IMG/VR virus record: IMGVR_UViG_3300043470_000815
Strand: one strand, 5' to 3'
From: a virus
Length of the DNA: 64,000 nucleotides
The stretch's first letter is position 1, and every line of letters starts with the position of its first letter. Below are positions 1 through 9,418 of the stretch, piece by piece. Below the pieces are notes generated by a model. It was not told the origin of the DNA. It saw nothing but the letters and a program-made list of their open reading frames with translations, and did not search any database. A program made the position numbers and the translations under genes.

Positions 1-225
1 TACGATCCAGTTCAATTTTAACATCATTGACTTTTACTTTAAATACGTCTAAGGTTGGGATGTTTTTATATTCATTGAAATAAGATAATGTATTTTCACA
101 TAACCATTTTAATGACTTTGAATCGAAATATTCAACTAATAAAATATCATAAATACTGTTTATAAAAGGTTTATCCGTTAATAGCAGCGATAACACTTTA
201 ACCTGAAAATTGTACCCATATTCTT

Positions 226-1266
226 TTAAGTTTTCGACCATGAATTTAGTGTATTAAATGTGTTGTACAACCACCTACCAGTATCAGTTGCAATTGAACT
301 ACTAATTGAATCTTCGTTTAATAATTCTAAGAATTTTAATTTGTTTAATTTGTTATTTTCTTTAGTTATAACGTCGGTAATACATTTAATACTTTCATCC
401 GAAATGTCCGTCTTTGCCAGTTGCATTATTTGATGATTAATGTCCAATTGTTCTTTGGAATTTAAAATCAATTTATATAATTTATTTTTAATTAGTCTGT
501 TTCGTGCATACTCAAAAATATCATCATAATTTAATTTAGTATGTACAATGTCAGGAAATAATTTAATAATAGTTTTTAATTTCAAACCAGCAATTCCTTT
601 AATGTTGTCGGACGCATCACCTGTTAATGTTCGATATAATAAATAATTTTCAACAATTATTCCTAGTTCGGCTTTAATTTCTGATGGATAATATATTTTT
701 TTCTTAACTGGTGAATAGACTTCAATTCGATCATTGACCAATTGTAAAAAATCACGGTCAGTTGAAACAATTCTAATCTTATTGGAACTATGTTCAAAAT
801 ATTGTTTGGTAATGAATGCAATTACATCGTCTGCTTCAATATTATTGACACGAACAACCTGTAATGGTAAACAATCCAAATAAGTTAAAATACGTTCAAA
901 TTGTAATTTAATATTTTCCTTGATTTCATCATCCGATAATTCCCCATCTTCCGTACCTTTATGTTTAACAGTTCCCGTGCGGTTGGCTTTATATTCGGGA
1001 AATATTTCTTTTCGCCTTACAGAACCCCCAACCCCATCGAAAACCAAAATACATCGGGAGGCTTTAAAATCGCGAATGTTCATACCAATTGACCGCAAAA
1101 ACGCAATGATAATTCCCGTATTTTGTTTTTTAACATCAAAAATTGGAACTGATGTGATTATGCGTATAAACGAATTGGTACAGTCTATTATTAAAACCCG
1201 ATCATTTAGATCAAATGATTTTTCCGATTTTGACTTTTCAAAAATTGCTTGGAGATTTGTCATCAA
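226..1266 (-). CDS. 5'-3' exonuclease (T4 RNase H / PolI N-terminal FEN-like)
   Basis: Motifs LIIDCTN, VFDG..GS.RR..FPEYKANR, EADDVI, VSTDRDFLQL, GDASDNIKG. Confidence 0.92.
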   Translation of the reverse strand: MMTNLQAIFEKSKSEKSFDLNDRVLIIDCTNSFIRIITSVPIFDVKKQNTGIIIAFLRSIGMNIRDFKASRCILVFDGVGGSVRRKEIFPEYKANRTGTVKHKGTEDGELSDDEIKENIKLQFERILTYLDCLPLQVVRVNNIEADDVIAFITKQYFEHSSNKIRIVSTDRDFLQLVNDRIEVYSPVKKKIYYPSEIKAELGIIVENYLLYRTLTGDASDNIKGIAGLKLKTIIKLFPDIVHTKLNYDDIFEYARNRLIKNKLYKLILNSKEQLDINHQIMQLAKTDISDESIKCITDVITKENNKLNKLKFLELLNEDSISSSIATDTGRWLYNTFNTLNSWSKT

Positions 1267-1709
1267 AAATTATAAATTTGTTTTAATTGTATCAATGTTT
1301 CATCCAACCTACCAAGTTGATTACGACCATTTAAATCACATTCAATAAACTCATCGGCTGTCATTTCAGACGTAACATCTGTACAATGTTTTTTAACCCA
1401 ATCATTCTCAAATAAAACTTCACCGGGCATAAATAAAAAATGTTTATTTAAAACATCCGATAAAGATTTACCAACCAAAGTTTTAACATAAACATGTGGA
1501 ATAACTCGCCGTAAAGAATTATGATAAACACGATTTATACTTGAATGATATTGATAAATTTCACCCGTAAACTGTTTATTTTCAAACTTAATGTAAAGTC
1601 GTATTCCGTCTTTATTAGTATGAATGCGAAATTCACCTTGATTATTATTGTAAACTGTTTCTATTAGAAATGCCCACGCATCAGTATCATTATTTACTTT
1701 ATATTTCAT
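1263..1709 (-). CDS. hypothetical protein
   Basis: ORF packed between the two exonucleases; start moved to MKYKV to avoid a 55-nt overlap. Confidence 0.6.
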   Translation of the reverse strand: MKYKVNNDTDAWAFLIETVYNNNQGEFRIHTNKDGIRLYIKFENKQFTGEIYQYHSSINRVYHNSLRRVIPHVYVKTLVGKSLSDVLNKHFLFMPGEVLFENDWVKKHCTDVTSEMTADEFIECDLNGRNQLGRLDETLIQLKQIYNF

Positions 1710-2214
1710 CAGTAAGTAAAACTTTAAAACATTCATATTCAGCCAATGCACCATTTAACGCATTGTGTGGTTTAACTTCACGGACAATACCTAATTTATC
1801 ACAAATAACAGGTAATGAATAAGACTTTTTAAACTTACCAAACGCGACTGAATGTAAATCTATAAATGCAAATCTAAAAGGAAATTTAGATTCATTACGA
1901 CCGCGTTTATGCAATTCCTGTAAAAACAAAACATCAAAACTCCCCACATGTTGACCTGCCAACATACTACTTCTAGGTTCAGCCCATTTTACAAATTTTT
2001 TGTATAAATCATAAGCCGTTTGTTTTTTAGGATCGGTAATTTGTTCCAATGTAAAGCCATTAATATCCAATGCTTCTTGTTCCCAATCGTCCGTTTTATA
2101 AATTCTACATTCATCATAAAACGTTTCACTTGTTTCAAAATCAACCGCACCAAGTGAAACCATCTGATGTTTTTTGGGATCAGTACCCGTTGTTTCTATG
2201 TCTAAGATTATCAT
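1699..2214 (-). CDS. DEDDh 3'-5' exonuclease (DnaQ-like)
   Basis: ILDIETTG (Exo I), GQHVGSFD (Exo II), HNALNGA (Exo III). Confidence 0.9.
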   Translation of the reverse strand: MIILDIETTGTDPKKHQMVSLGAVDFETSETFYDECRIYKTDDWEQEALDINGFTLEQITDPKKQTAYDLYKKFVKWAEPRSSMLAGQHVGSFDVLFLQELHKRGRNESKFPFRFAFIDLHSVAFGKFKKSYSLPVICDKLGIVREVKPHNALNGALAEYECFKVLLTDEI

Positions 2215-2242
2215 TTTTAATTTATTTGATTATAAAGTCAAA

Positions 2243-2280
2243 TTTTGCCCAACCCACCAAACAAGATAGGTTGGGACAAA
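2243..2280 (-). terminator. hairpin downstream of SSB, probable terminator
   Basis: CCCAACC (2248-2254) / GGTTGGG (2269-2275) stem with flanking A/T tracts. Confidence 0.5.
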
Positions 2281-2286
2281 AATGGA

Positions 2287-3156
2287 TTAATTTTCTTCTT
2301 TAAATAAATTATCGAAATCAACATCAACGTCTTCACCGATTGGATCATGTGGTGTAACGGGTGCGTTCATTTCCTTTAAAAAAGAATCTTCTTTAACAAC
2401 GGGTTTTTCGGTAACAGGTGTTTTAGGATACAAATACGATTGAATCATTTCCTGTGTTTCGGCATAGGTTGGTTTTGTATGAAGATCAACAATATTTGGC
2501 ATATTCTTAATCATTTCCAAAACGTCTTTGTCATTTGACACTGGAGTTTCCTTTGGTTTAGGCAAAATCGAAATTTGTGGATAACCAGTTGCCGTCTTTT
2601 CCTTGGGCGTATATTCCATTGTAATATCACGACCAGTTTTCAAATCGAAAATGTTTCCATAATCGGGATCATTGGCAATTGCTTCTAAATCACGATACGT
2701 CTTTGGTGAAAACCACCAAAATTTAACACCTTCCAATTCAAGTCCGTTAGTTGTTTTACCATTAATATCCGTGTAAGAACGGACAATAATAGGCACACAA
2801 ATCCTTTGTTGTGGCTTGAATTTCAACGATGATTGCCAAAGGGTGCGATTTTTTTCTTTGTCCTTTTCACGGGTATATTCCGTTACTAAAGTTTGATAAA
2901 ATTCGGCAATGGCATCAGGTTCTTCAAATTGAACGGGAGCAAGTACCGTCCTACCAAACTCGTAATAAAAATCCAGCGGTAAATAAGGTTTACGATCCTT
3001 TCCCAAATGAAAATTAGGCAAAACACGAAAAACATATTTACCCTCCTGTGGAACAAATTTAACTTTGTTCGCTTCTGAAACCGTCCGTTCGGTCTTTGGT
3101 GTGTTAGCGGAATTTAAGGCATCCAACTTAGCCTGAATTTTTTGTGCAAAATCCAT
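2287..3156 (-). CDS. single-stranded DNA-binding protein (T4 gp32-like)
   Basis: FRVLP, GVKFWWF..KTY, DPDYG.IFD..TGRDI, acidic C-tail DVDFDNLF. Confidence 0.85.
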   Translation of the reverse strand: MDFAQKIQAKLDALNSANTPKTERTVSEANKVKFVPQEGKYVFRVLPNFHLGKDRKPYLPLDFYYEFGRTVLAPVQFEEPDAIAEFYQTLVTEYTREKDKEKNRTLWQSSLKFKPQQRICVPIIVRSYTDINGKTTNGLELEGVKFWWFSPKTYRDLEAIANDPDYGNIFDLKTGRDITMEYTPKEKTATGYPQISILPKPKETPVSNDKDVLEMIKNMPNIVDLHTKPTYAETQEMIQSYLYPKTPVTEKPVVKEDSFLKEMNAPVTPHDPIGEDVDVDFDNLFKEEN

Positions 3157-3219
3157 ACGATAAAAAATTAAAAAAAGTGTTTAAAAAATACCCTTTCGGG
3201 CGATTAAAAAAGTATAAAG

Positions 3220-3271
3220 ACAATATAAGTAAAGTTTTTGTAAAAACAAAATCAATTAACCGTTCATTAAC
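3220..3271 (-). promoter_or_regulatory. GTTAA-N6-GTTAA class promoter for SSB
   Basis: Minus strand GTTAA tgaacg GTTAA, TTTG, then TATATTGT 28 nt after the second box. Confidence 0.65.
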
Positions 3272-4412
3272 AAATAACATTGTAATTTTTACCAACCTTG
3301 AGTGTATTTGGTAATTCATTAAAAATGTTTTTTAGTCCAATAAGCGTTTCTTTTCCATCAGTTCTACATAAATCTATCAAAAACGAATCATAAGTGTAAA
3401 GTATCAATTTACTTTCACGGGTATATAAGTAGGCATTAATTTCAAAAATCAACAGGGCATTAAATTCCGTTTCAAAGTTCTGTAAAATGTAATTTAAAAC
3501 TTTGGTTTTGTTTAAATTTGGAATATTCATATCCCGTTCAAACATCAAACTTTTTAGATTATTTTCATTATACAATTGGAACAAATTGTTTGTTAAATTA
3601 TCAATCTTTTGGAAAAACTCAAACGACATGTATTTATCATCTATACCCCCATAAATCTGTTTAAATGTTTCGCCTTTAGGATCAATACCATCACCATACA
3701 AAGTTCCAAAATAGCCGTATATATCAGTGGTAGGCCAATCATATTTCACTATCCTAGAAAGTAGATAAATGTGAAATGCTTTTAGATCAAATTCAATTAA
3801 AATTCCATTATTACCGAACCGACTTACAAACCGTTCACGTGAATTATTCGATTTATTTAAAGCCGCGTAATTGATGTTATTGAAACTATTGGATGGACGA
3901 CCAGTTAATGTAAATAAATTGTATTCAGAATATTCGTAACCATTGATGGTATAAAGTCCATTACTTTCAATTGTTGCTAGATTTTGTTGTAATTTGGAAT
4001 ATTCATTTAGTGCTGACCATTGATTGAAATTATTATAAGCGAATAAAAATTCGTCTTTAATTGCCCTGACATAATAAAATAATTTTGTAATCGGAAAACA
4101 ATCTAAATTTTTGACTTGGGGGAGTGGATGTTTGATTACTTTATGATTTTGCATCCAAATTAAAATCTTTGCATCCAAGCAAGGTTGTTTTAAAATCTTT
4201 GAATTATAAACAAAATCGGTTGGGTAAATGGTTGGGAGTTGACCAGCCAAAGTATCATTGTGATTAATTCCAATAATATATTCAAGTTGCGTTTTTGGTT
4301 GGTAGGCATAAATAAAAGAAACATTATTCAACACCCAATGCTTCGCTGTGTATGAAAGCACGGGTATAAATAATGTTTCTTCGTCGTTTATTCTTTCTGT
4401 TACAAATTTCAT
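3267..4412 (-). CDS. short family A DNA polymerase-like protein (no exonuclease domains, thumb apparently deleted)
   Basis: TLTGRPS, motif A-like IEFDLKAFH, motif B-like K.ETFKQIYGG, motif C-like LYTYDSFL; only 381 aa. Confidence 0.8.
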   Translation of the reverse strand: MKFVTERINDEETLFIPVLSYTAKHWVLNNVSFIYAYQPKTQLEYIIGINHNDTLAGQLPTIYPTDFVYNSKILKQPCLDAKILIWMQNHKVIKHPLPQVKNLDCFPITKLFYYVRAIKDEFLFAYNNFNQWSALNEYSKLQQNLATIESNGLYTINGYEYSEYNLFTLTGRPSNSFNNINYAALNKSNNSRERFVSRFGNNGILIEFDLKAFHIYLLSRIVKYDWPTTDIYGYFGTLYGDGIDPKGETFKQIYGGIDDKYMSFEFFQKIDNLTNNLFQLYNENNLKSLMFERDMNIPNLNKTKVLNYILQNFETEFNALLIFEINAYLYTRESKLILYTYDSFLIDLCRTDGKETLIGLKNIFNELPNTLKVGKNYNVIC

Positions 4413-4416
4413 AGTC

Positions 4417-4468
4417 GCATTATACGACTTATTTTTGAAACGATCTATGTAATTAACTAATTGTTAAC
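4417..4468 (-). promoter_or_regulatory. GTTAA-N6-GTTAA class promoter for the PolA-like gene
   Basis: GTTAA caatta GTTAA; TATAATGC at the 28-nt position, flanked by an AGTCG/CGACT inverted repeat; ATG 4 nt downstream. Confidence 0.55.
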
Positions 4469-4469
4469 T

Positions 4470-4712
4470 TTAATTTAAAAACCGATCTATATGGTCGTTA
4501 GAAGTTCCTTTTCTAATATATTGCCCCGATGCGATATAATATATAAATTTATAACTCGATCCAATGGAATTTCCGATCAAAGTTTTTTCACTTATTAATG
4601 TCGCATCTAAGGTTTTACCCGAAGGGGATATTTTAACTACTTTATATACATTACCATTCCACGTTTCAAACTGGTCATTTGGTTTAATTAAACTTTCTTC
4701 TATGTGTGTCAT
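4470..4712 (-). CDS. hypothetical early protein
   Basis: 80-aa ORF directly downstream of a consensus promoter. Confidence 0.65.
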   Translation of the reverse strand: MTHIEESLIKPNDQFETWNGNVYKVVKISPSGKTLDATLISEKTLIGNSIGSSYKFIYYIASGQYIRKGTSNDHIDRFLN

Positions 4713-4750
4713 ATTTTAAAAAATTTATTGTATTTTTAATGATTACAGAA

Positions 4751-4802
4751 CAAAGATACAGGTTTGGTTGGGAGTGTACAAGTACATTAACAATTGGTTA
4801 AC
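4751..4802 (-). promoter_or_regulatory. Bacteroidota-type early promoter with GTTAA boxes
   Basis: GTTAA-N6-GTTAA-N4-CTTG-N20-TATCTTTG. Confidence 0.8.
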
Positions 4803-5372
4803 TTATCTATAATATTCCAATTTATTAGTTAAATATTCATTGATATGTGGAAATTTGATTAACACTTGGTTAATGCTTCTAGTATTTAAATACAAAGTAT
4901 CTTCTTTGGGTATTTTACTAATTACCCAATTTATCAAACATTTGTTCCAAATAACACCATTGATTCCGGGTTTATTTGTTGTATTGACCGAATTATATTG
5001 ATTCGCATCGACTTCAATTATCGAATTTTTCGGACTATTTCGTTTTTGTAAAAAAAACCGTTGGATTGTACCACGTTGATAATCAGACATTTCAGGAATT
5101 GGTGCAATTAACACAGGACTGACATAGGTTGGATTAACATTTGCCGTGACTTTATTATATAACAACGTTTCAGGTGTCTGATTAAACCGTTTAACTGTTA
5201 ATAGTTGGGTAGTCTTTTCAGGTCTTGCTCCAGTAAAACGCTGGCCGTTTGGATTAATATGATATAAACCAACATAATCCATACCATTATCCAATACAAA
5301 TTCATTGCCATTGGTATAAAGACCTTTAGTTAATTGATGTAATCCGAAATATGGTTGTTCTATTTGTGGCAT
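4803..5372 (-). CDS. putative baseplate/virion protein
   Basis: Last gene of the baseplate-side run; no recognised enzyme motif. Confidence 0.45.
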   Translation of the reverse strand: MPQIEQPYFGLHQLTKGLYTNGNEFVLDNGMDYVGLYHINPNGQRFTGARPEKTTQLLTVKRFNQTPETLLYNKVTANVNPTYVSPVLIAPIPEMSDYQRGTIQRFFLQKRNSPKNSIIEVDANQYNSVNTTNKPGINGVIWNKCLINWVISKIPKEDTLYLNTRSINQVLIKFPHINEYLTNKLEYYR

Positions 5373-5406
5373 TTATTTAAACTAAATAACAATTTTATGT
5401 ATGTAA

Positions 5407-7413
5407 TTACAAAGGAATATAATCAATATTATTATAATACGAAAGTATGCCCTCCAGCGAAGTCTCCCAATCCGAGTTACTAAATGTGTGGGTGACTTTT
5501 ACAACCATGAAGTACGAATTATATTCATTTCGCCACGCAGACGGTACTTGTGTTGTTGAAATAGCATTTCCCGGTTCAATTCCCCACACCCCATTTATTG
5601 TTATATTCATCGAAAGTCCCGGATAATGGACTGTGGAATGTTCAACCGTTTTTTCATCATTTTTATTTAAACGTCCCATCACTGATTTCAAGGCATTTAT
5701 TTCGGTATCATTGAAATAGTTTGTTCCAAGATTTCCCGGATTTTTAATAATTGAAAATCTATCTGTTCGGGCTTTTTCGTGTTCATTTGACCGTTGTGCT
5801 TTTAATTTAGGTGAACAACCACGCAGGGTAGAAATAGCATCACCTTTTTTACTTGTACCAACAAACATTGATGCTTTATATTCTTCCGACCCAACATTAC
5901 TTTGTACCTCACAAGTTCTAGTATTTCCATCGCCGTCAATAGGATCAAAAATAATACATTTTAATGTTCCAGTAACACCGTAATTCTGATCCACAACAAT
6001 TAAAGTACTGTTATTGTCGGGGTTTTCAACTAATCGCAATGAAATAGCACCACCAGTACAAGATGATATTTGGTCACTTATTTTTTCAAAAAAGTGAATT
6101 ATATTTACGACCTGCTCTTGTGTATCTTTGACATCCGTATTATCCGATTCAGATTTGCGGGGTTGAGTTGCTGCTGTATAAGCAGACGAAATAACGTCAC
6201 GATGTAATAAAATATTTTGTAGATGAATATTTCCTTGTCCTAAATTACACTTAACAGCCGCTAAATTCTTACAATCTTTATCAAAATCTTTACCTTTATT
6301 TTTAACATTAAGGTAATTTGCCTGACCCAACATCAACATATGTATCGGATCACCTGAAATTATACCATCGGCCACTCGACATTTGGAATATTTTGGATGA
6401 AATTCTACTTTTACTTTATTAAATTTATCGCGTTCGTGGGCAACGTGACAAGTGAAAGAACGTAATAATTGATCGTTAATTATTCGATTAACAATGTAAC
6501 CCAATGAAACATAAACTTGGTTGTTAGCCACTTCTACTTCACTTTTACCACCAACCACTCCCTTCATAATTCCGCCCACCCAAGCCATACCACGTTCCGC
6601 TAAATTGCGTAAATGATCTCCAGTGTAAACTACTATTGCGGCACTGTTATCAAATGAACCGGGATTATAATCCACGAAATTTGTTATTACCTGCCCATCT
6701 TCTATATCATCAATACTTGTTTGCCCGTTCCCTTGTGCGTCCGATGCAATTAATTGGGCAACACCTTTAACAGCATTTATTTCATTATCAATACCTGTTT
6801 TATATTTTAACGGCCCTGAATCACCCGATTGTCCCGACCCACCCAAAGCATTACAACCATTACAAATAACCAATTGCATTTCTAAATTTTCAATTGCCGT
6901 TGATGCACTCACAGCGGTAAATGAACAAATCCAAAAACCTTCACTTGTAGTATTGAATGAAAATGTCGCAACTTTAAAACCATCCAACCTTGTTGAACTG
7001 TTATTTGCCCAACTATTTTTGTAACCAAATGTAACATCTATTTCGTTTCCCGGTAATAAAAAATATTTTTGTATTGCTTCAAAATCATATACCGTAAAAC
7101 ACCTGATACTTGCAGATATTCTACGTGCTAAACCCCAAGTTCCAGCATATTCCAATTTAACAGTTTCTAATTGCGGTTTGGGTTTAAATGAATTTCCATA
7201 ATTAGATTGCCAAGTATCCCGTTCGGCTGGTAAAGTTCGTGAACCCCCACCACCACATGATTTATTATGACCCGTTATTTTTACAAAACATGGATTTCGA
7301 TCTTGAACCGATTTACCACCAATTGTTTGCGTTCCATTCAATAATCCACGACGCTGTTTGATTATTTCAAATACGTTATTGGTTGGATTTCGTCGGTATA
7401 ATGATTCTGACAT
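5407..7413 (-). CDS. putative baseplate hub (gp27/gpD-like) structural protein
   Basis: 668 aa, beta-rich, C-terminal ITINGVWGIEPG..I...VP..W....F.VVKVTH.F....WETSLEG typical of hub-like folds; near TMP. Confidence 0.55.
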   Translation of the reverse strand: MSESLYRRNPTNNVFEIIKQRRGLLNGTQTIGGKSVQDRNPCFVKITGHNKSCGGGGSRTLPAERDTWQSNYGNSFKPKPQLETVKLEYAGTWGLARRISASIRCFTVYDFEAIQKYFLLPGNEIDVTFGYKNSWANNSSTRLDGFKVATFSFNTTSEGFWICSFTAVSASTAIENLEMQLVICNGCNALGGSGQSGDSGPLKYKTGIDNEINAVKGVAQLIASDAQGNGQTSIDDIEDGQVITNFVDYNPGSFDNSAAIVVYTGDHLRNLAERGMAWVGGIMKGVVGGKSEVEVANNQVYVSLGYIVNRIINDQLLRSFTCHVAHERDKFNKVKVEFHPKYSKCRVADGIISGDPIHMLMLGQANYLNVKNKGKDFDKDCKNLAAVKCNLGQGNIHLQNILLHRDVISSAYTAATQPRKSESDNTDVKDTQEQVVNIIHFFEKISDQISSCTGGAISLRLVENPDNNSTLIVVDQNYGVTGTLKCIIFDPIDGDGNTRTCEVQSNVGSEEYKASMFVGTSKKGDAISTLRGCSPKLKAQRSNEHEKARTDRFSIIKNPGNLGTNYFNDTEINALKSVMGRLNKNDEKTVEHSTVHYPGLSMNITINGVWGIEPGNAISTTQVPSAWRNEYNSYFMVVKVTHTFSNSDWETSLEGILSYYNNIDYIPL

Positions 7414-7414
7414 T

Positions 7415-8104
7415 TTATTTTAAATTTTTATTTACTAAAACAATTTTATCGGGATCATCAACTATTCCAAGTTTTAAAGTTTTTGCCGAATCCCTAAATT
7501 GTTGGGGTGGTGTTTTGAACCATGAATCATTGGTTGAAAAATAAAATGGTTTATCTTTAGTACTCATATATTTTTCTAATTTTTCCGATGGTTTAACAGT
7601 CCACATATAAACTGGACGACTGCCATGAAAATATCCATATATATGTATAGTATCCTTGGATGGTGGTTGACCATGTGTACTTACATTATGCGTAGGTGTG
7701 ACATAATCATTACCTTCCACCGCGTTTATTTTATTCATTTTTTCGATAAAATATGCGTCATGTACAACCCGCCACTTACCATCTAAATATGGTTTTATTC
7801 GACGTGCAACAATATTTGCCTGAACATAATGAATTGTTTCATGGAACACCACTGGTCTTAAAAATTTATCATCATCTACAAAATCTTTATTTATTTTTAA
7901 AACGGGATTAACAATATGACCAGTACGTGGTTGATATACAAACAATCCAGCCTTAGTTGGCATACTTGTAATTGAAAACTTAGGAATACCCCATTCTTGT
8001 ATATCAGAATAATATTCGGGAAAGTATTTTTGCATACATTCCTTGAAAAAATATTCTAATTTTGAAGTAGATGTAACTTCATTTAAGATTGTTTTTAATT
8101 TCAT
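7415..8104 (-). CDS. SprT-like zinc metalloprotease with MKLKTILNE leader
   Basis: VFHETIHY HExxH plus distal H (VVHDAYF); start moved to MKLK at 8104. Confidence 0.75.
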   Translation of the reverse strand: MKLKTILNEVTSTSKLEYFFKECMQKYFPEYYSDIQEWGIPKFSITSMPTKAGLFVYQPRTGHIVNPVLKINKDFVDDDKFLRPVVFHETIHYVQANIVARRIKPYLDGKWRVVHDAYFIEKMNKINAVEGNDYVTPTHNVSTHGQPPSKDTIHIYGYFHGSRPVYMWTVKPSEKLEKYMSTKDKPFYFSTNDSWFKTPPQQFRDSAKTLKLGIVDDPDKIVLVNKNLK

Positions 8105-8105
8105 A

Positions 8106-8624
8106 TTACGAATAAATATTTGCATCATTTTCATCCCATGACCCATCATTTTTTACTGATTTGATTTGACTTGGATTAAACGTGACTACCCAATTTCCCC
8201 AAATAAAACCATCATAACCATTTTTTTCTAATAAATCACTAACATCCTCCCAAGGTACACCTTTGGCATCGGGAATAATTTCAAATATTTGTTCTTTTTT
8301 TTCCTTTGCCCATTCTACTGTACCATCCGAATTTGCTATATCACTTTTTATAATAAACGGATTTTTAACAGATAAATAAACTGATAATATTTTACTACCA
8401 TAAGTTTTTGCATCATTTTTATGTTCTGTGAAATAAAAACCTTTTGACAACCATCCCGATCTTTTTTTAGATATGTCAAATTTATCAAAATCTATATTAG
8501 TTCCATGATAATAAATCATTGGTTTACTACCATTGGTTACTTTACTATTCCCAAACCATTTTTTGAAATTAGCGTTTAAATTAGATTCACGCAAAACTTC
8601 ATTTAAGATTTTTTTTAATTTCAT
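8106..8624 (-). CDS. ADP-ribosyltransferase-like (ART-PolyVal type) protein with MKLKKILNE leader
   Basis: F..WFG.SKV, YYHGT..DFDKF, GFYFT, VYLSVKNP, GYDG. Confidence 0.7.
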   Translation of the reverse strand: MKLKKILNEVLRESNLNANFKKWFGNSKVTNGSKPMIYYHGTNIDFDKFDISKKRSGWLSKGFYFTEHKNDAKTYGSKILSVYLSVKNPFIIKSDIANSDGTVEWAKEKKEQIFEIIPDAKGVPWEDVSDLLEKNGYDGFIWGNWVVTFNPSQIKSVKNDGSWDENDANIYS

Positions 8625-9166
8625 ATAAAATACCTCGAATTAATTGACGGACGTTTACCCTGACTATCCCCCAACACCCGAATTGAAACGGAACAATCGG
8701 TTAACATTGGACGACCATCAATCCAAACATTATCACCCGTCCAATTATAATTAACGGCTGTTAAAACGCCATAACCTTTGTATAATTGACCAATTTGGAA
8801 ATAAACGTGCGGAGCATTGTAACCATAACCATTTTTATAAATTGGATATGTCATTTTGCCCAACCTAGCAAGTTTGTATTCGTGATTTTGTTCCTGTTCT
8901 TCTTTATTCATTGCGATAACCTGAAATGAAACACTTAAACTTCGATTCATTGAAGTGTACATCATGGTTGGATCGGCACGACCCATATCAAAATTTTCAG
9001 ACCAAGCAGGGCTGGATGAATCATCAATAGAAACAATATGTGCTTCAAACTGAATTTTCCAATTATCAGCGTCGTTTGAAGATGCAACATCCAAACCAGT
9101 TTCGGGGTTGGCACGGTGGAAATAAAACGTTTCGGGTAAAAATTGATTATTGCGAGGTCTTGGCAT
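8621..9166 (-). CDS. tail tube initiator / baseplate (gp48/gp54-like) protein
   Basis: W.....MGRADP...Y....RSLSVSF, YP.Y....Y.AP.V...IG, G.LTAVNY.W; next to TMP. Confidence 0.65.
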   Translation of the reverse strand: MPRPRNNQFLPETFYFHRANPETGLDVASSNDADNWKIQFEAHIVSIDDSSSPAWSENFDMGRADPTMMYTSMNRSLSVSFQVIAMNKEEQEQNHEYKLARLGKMTYPIYKNGYGYNAPHVYFQIGQLYKGYGVLTAVNYNWTGDNVWIDGRPMLTDCSVSIRVLGDSQGKRPSINSRYFI

Positions 9167-9181
9167 ATTTTGAGCATTAAT

Positions 9182-9397
9182 TTATAATGATGAAATTATT
9201 TTCTTAAATGCTGTAATATCTTCCGAATGAATTGTTATTTCCGTATTATTTTCGGTATCAGTAATTCTTAGACTATTATCATTGAAAGTTGTTACTTTAT
9301 AACGACCATTTGGTAAACGTACTGTTCGCAATTCACCTATCTCATTTAAAATTTTTTTATAGATTTTTCGTACACGTTCTTCTAATTGTTTTTTCAT
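9182..9397 (-). CDS. small protein with LE.RVRKI..ILNE leader
   Basis: Shared leader motif; 71 aa. Confidence 0.65.
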   Translation of the reverse strand: MKKQLEERVRKIYKKILNEIGELRTVRLPNGRYKVTTFNDNSLRITDTENNTEITIHSEDITAFKKIISSL

Positions 9398-9418
9398 AAT
9401 TTGTTTAATTTTTAAATA

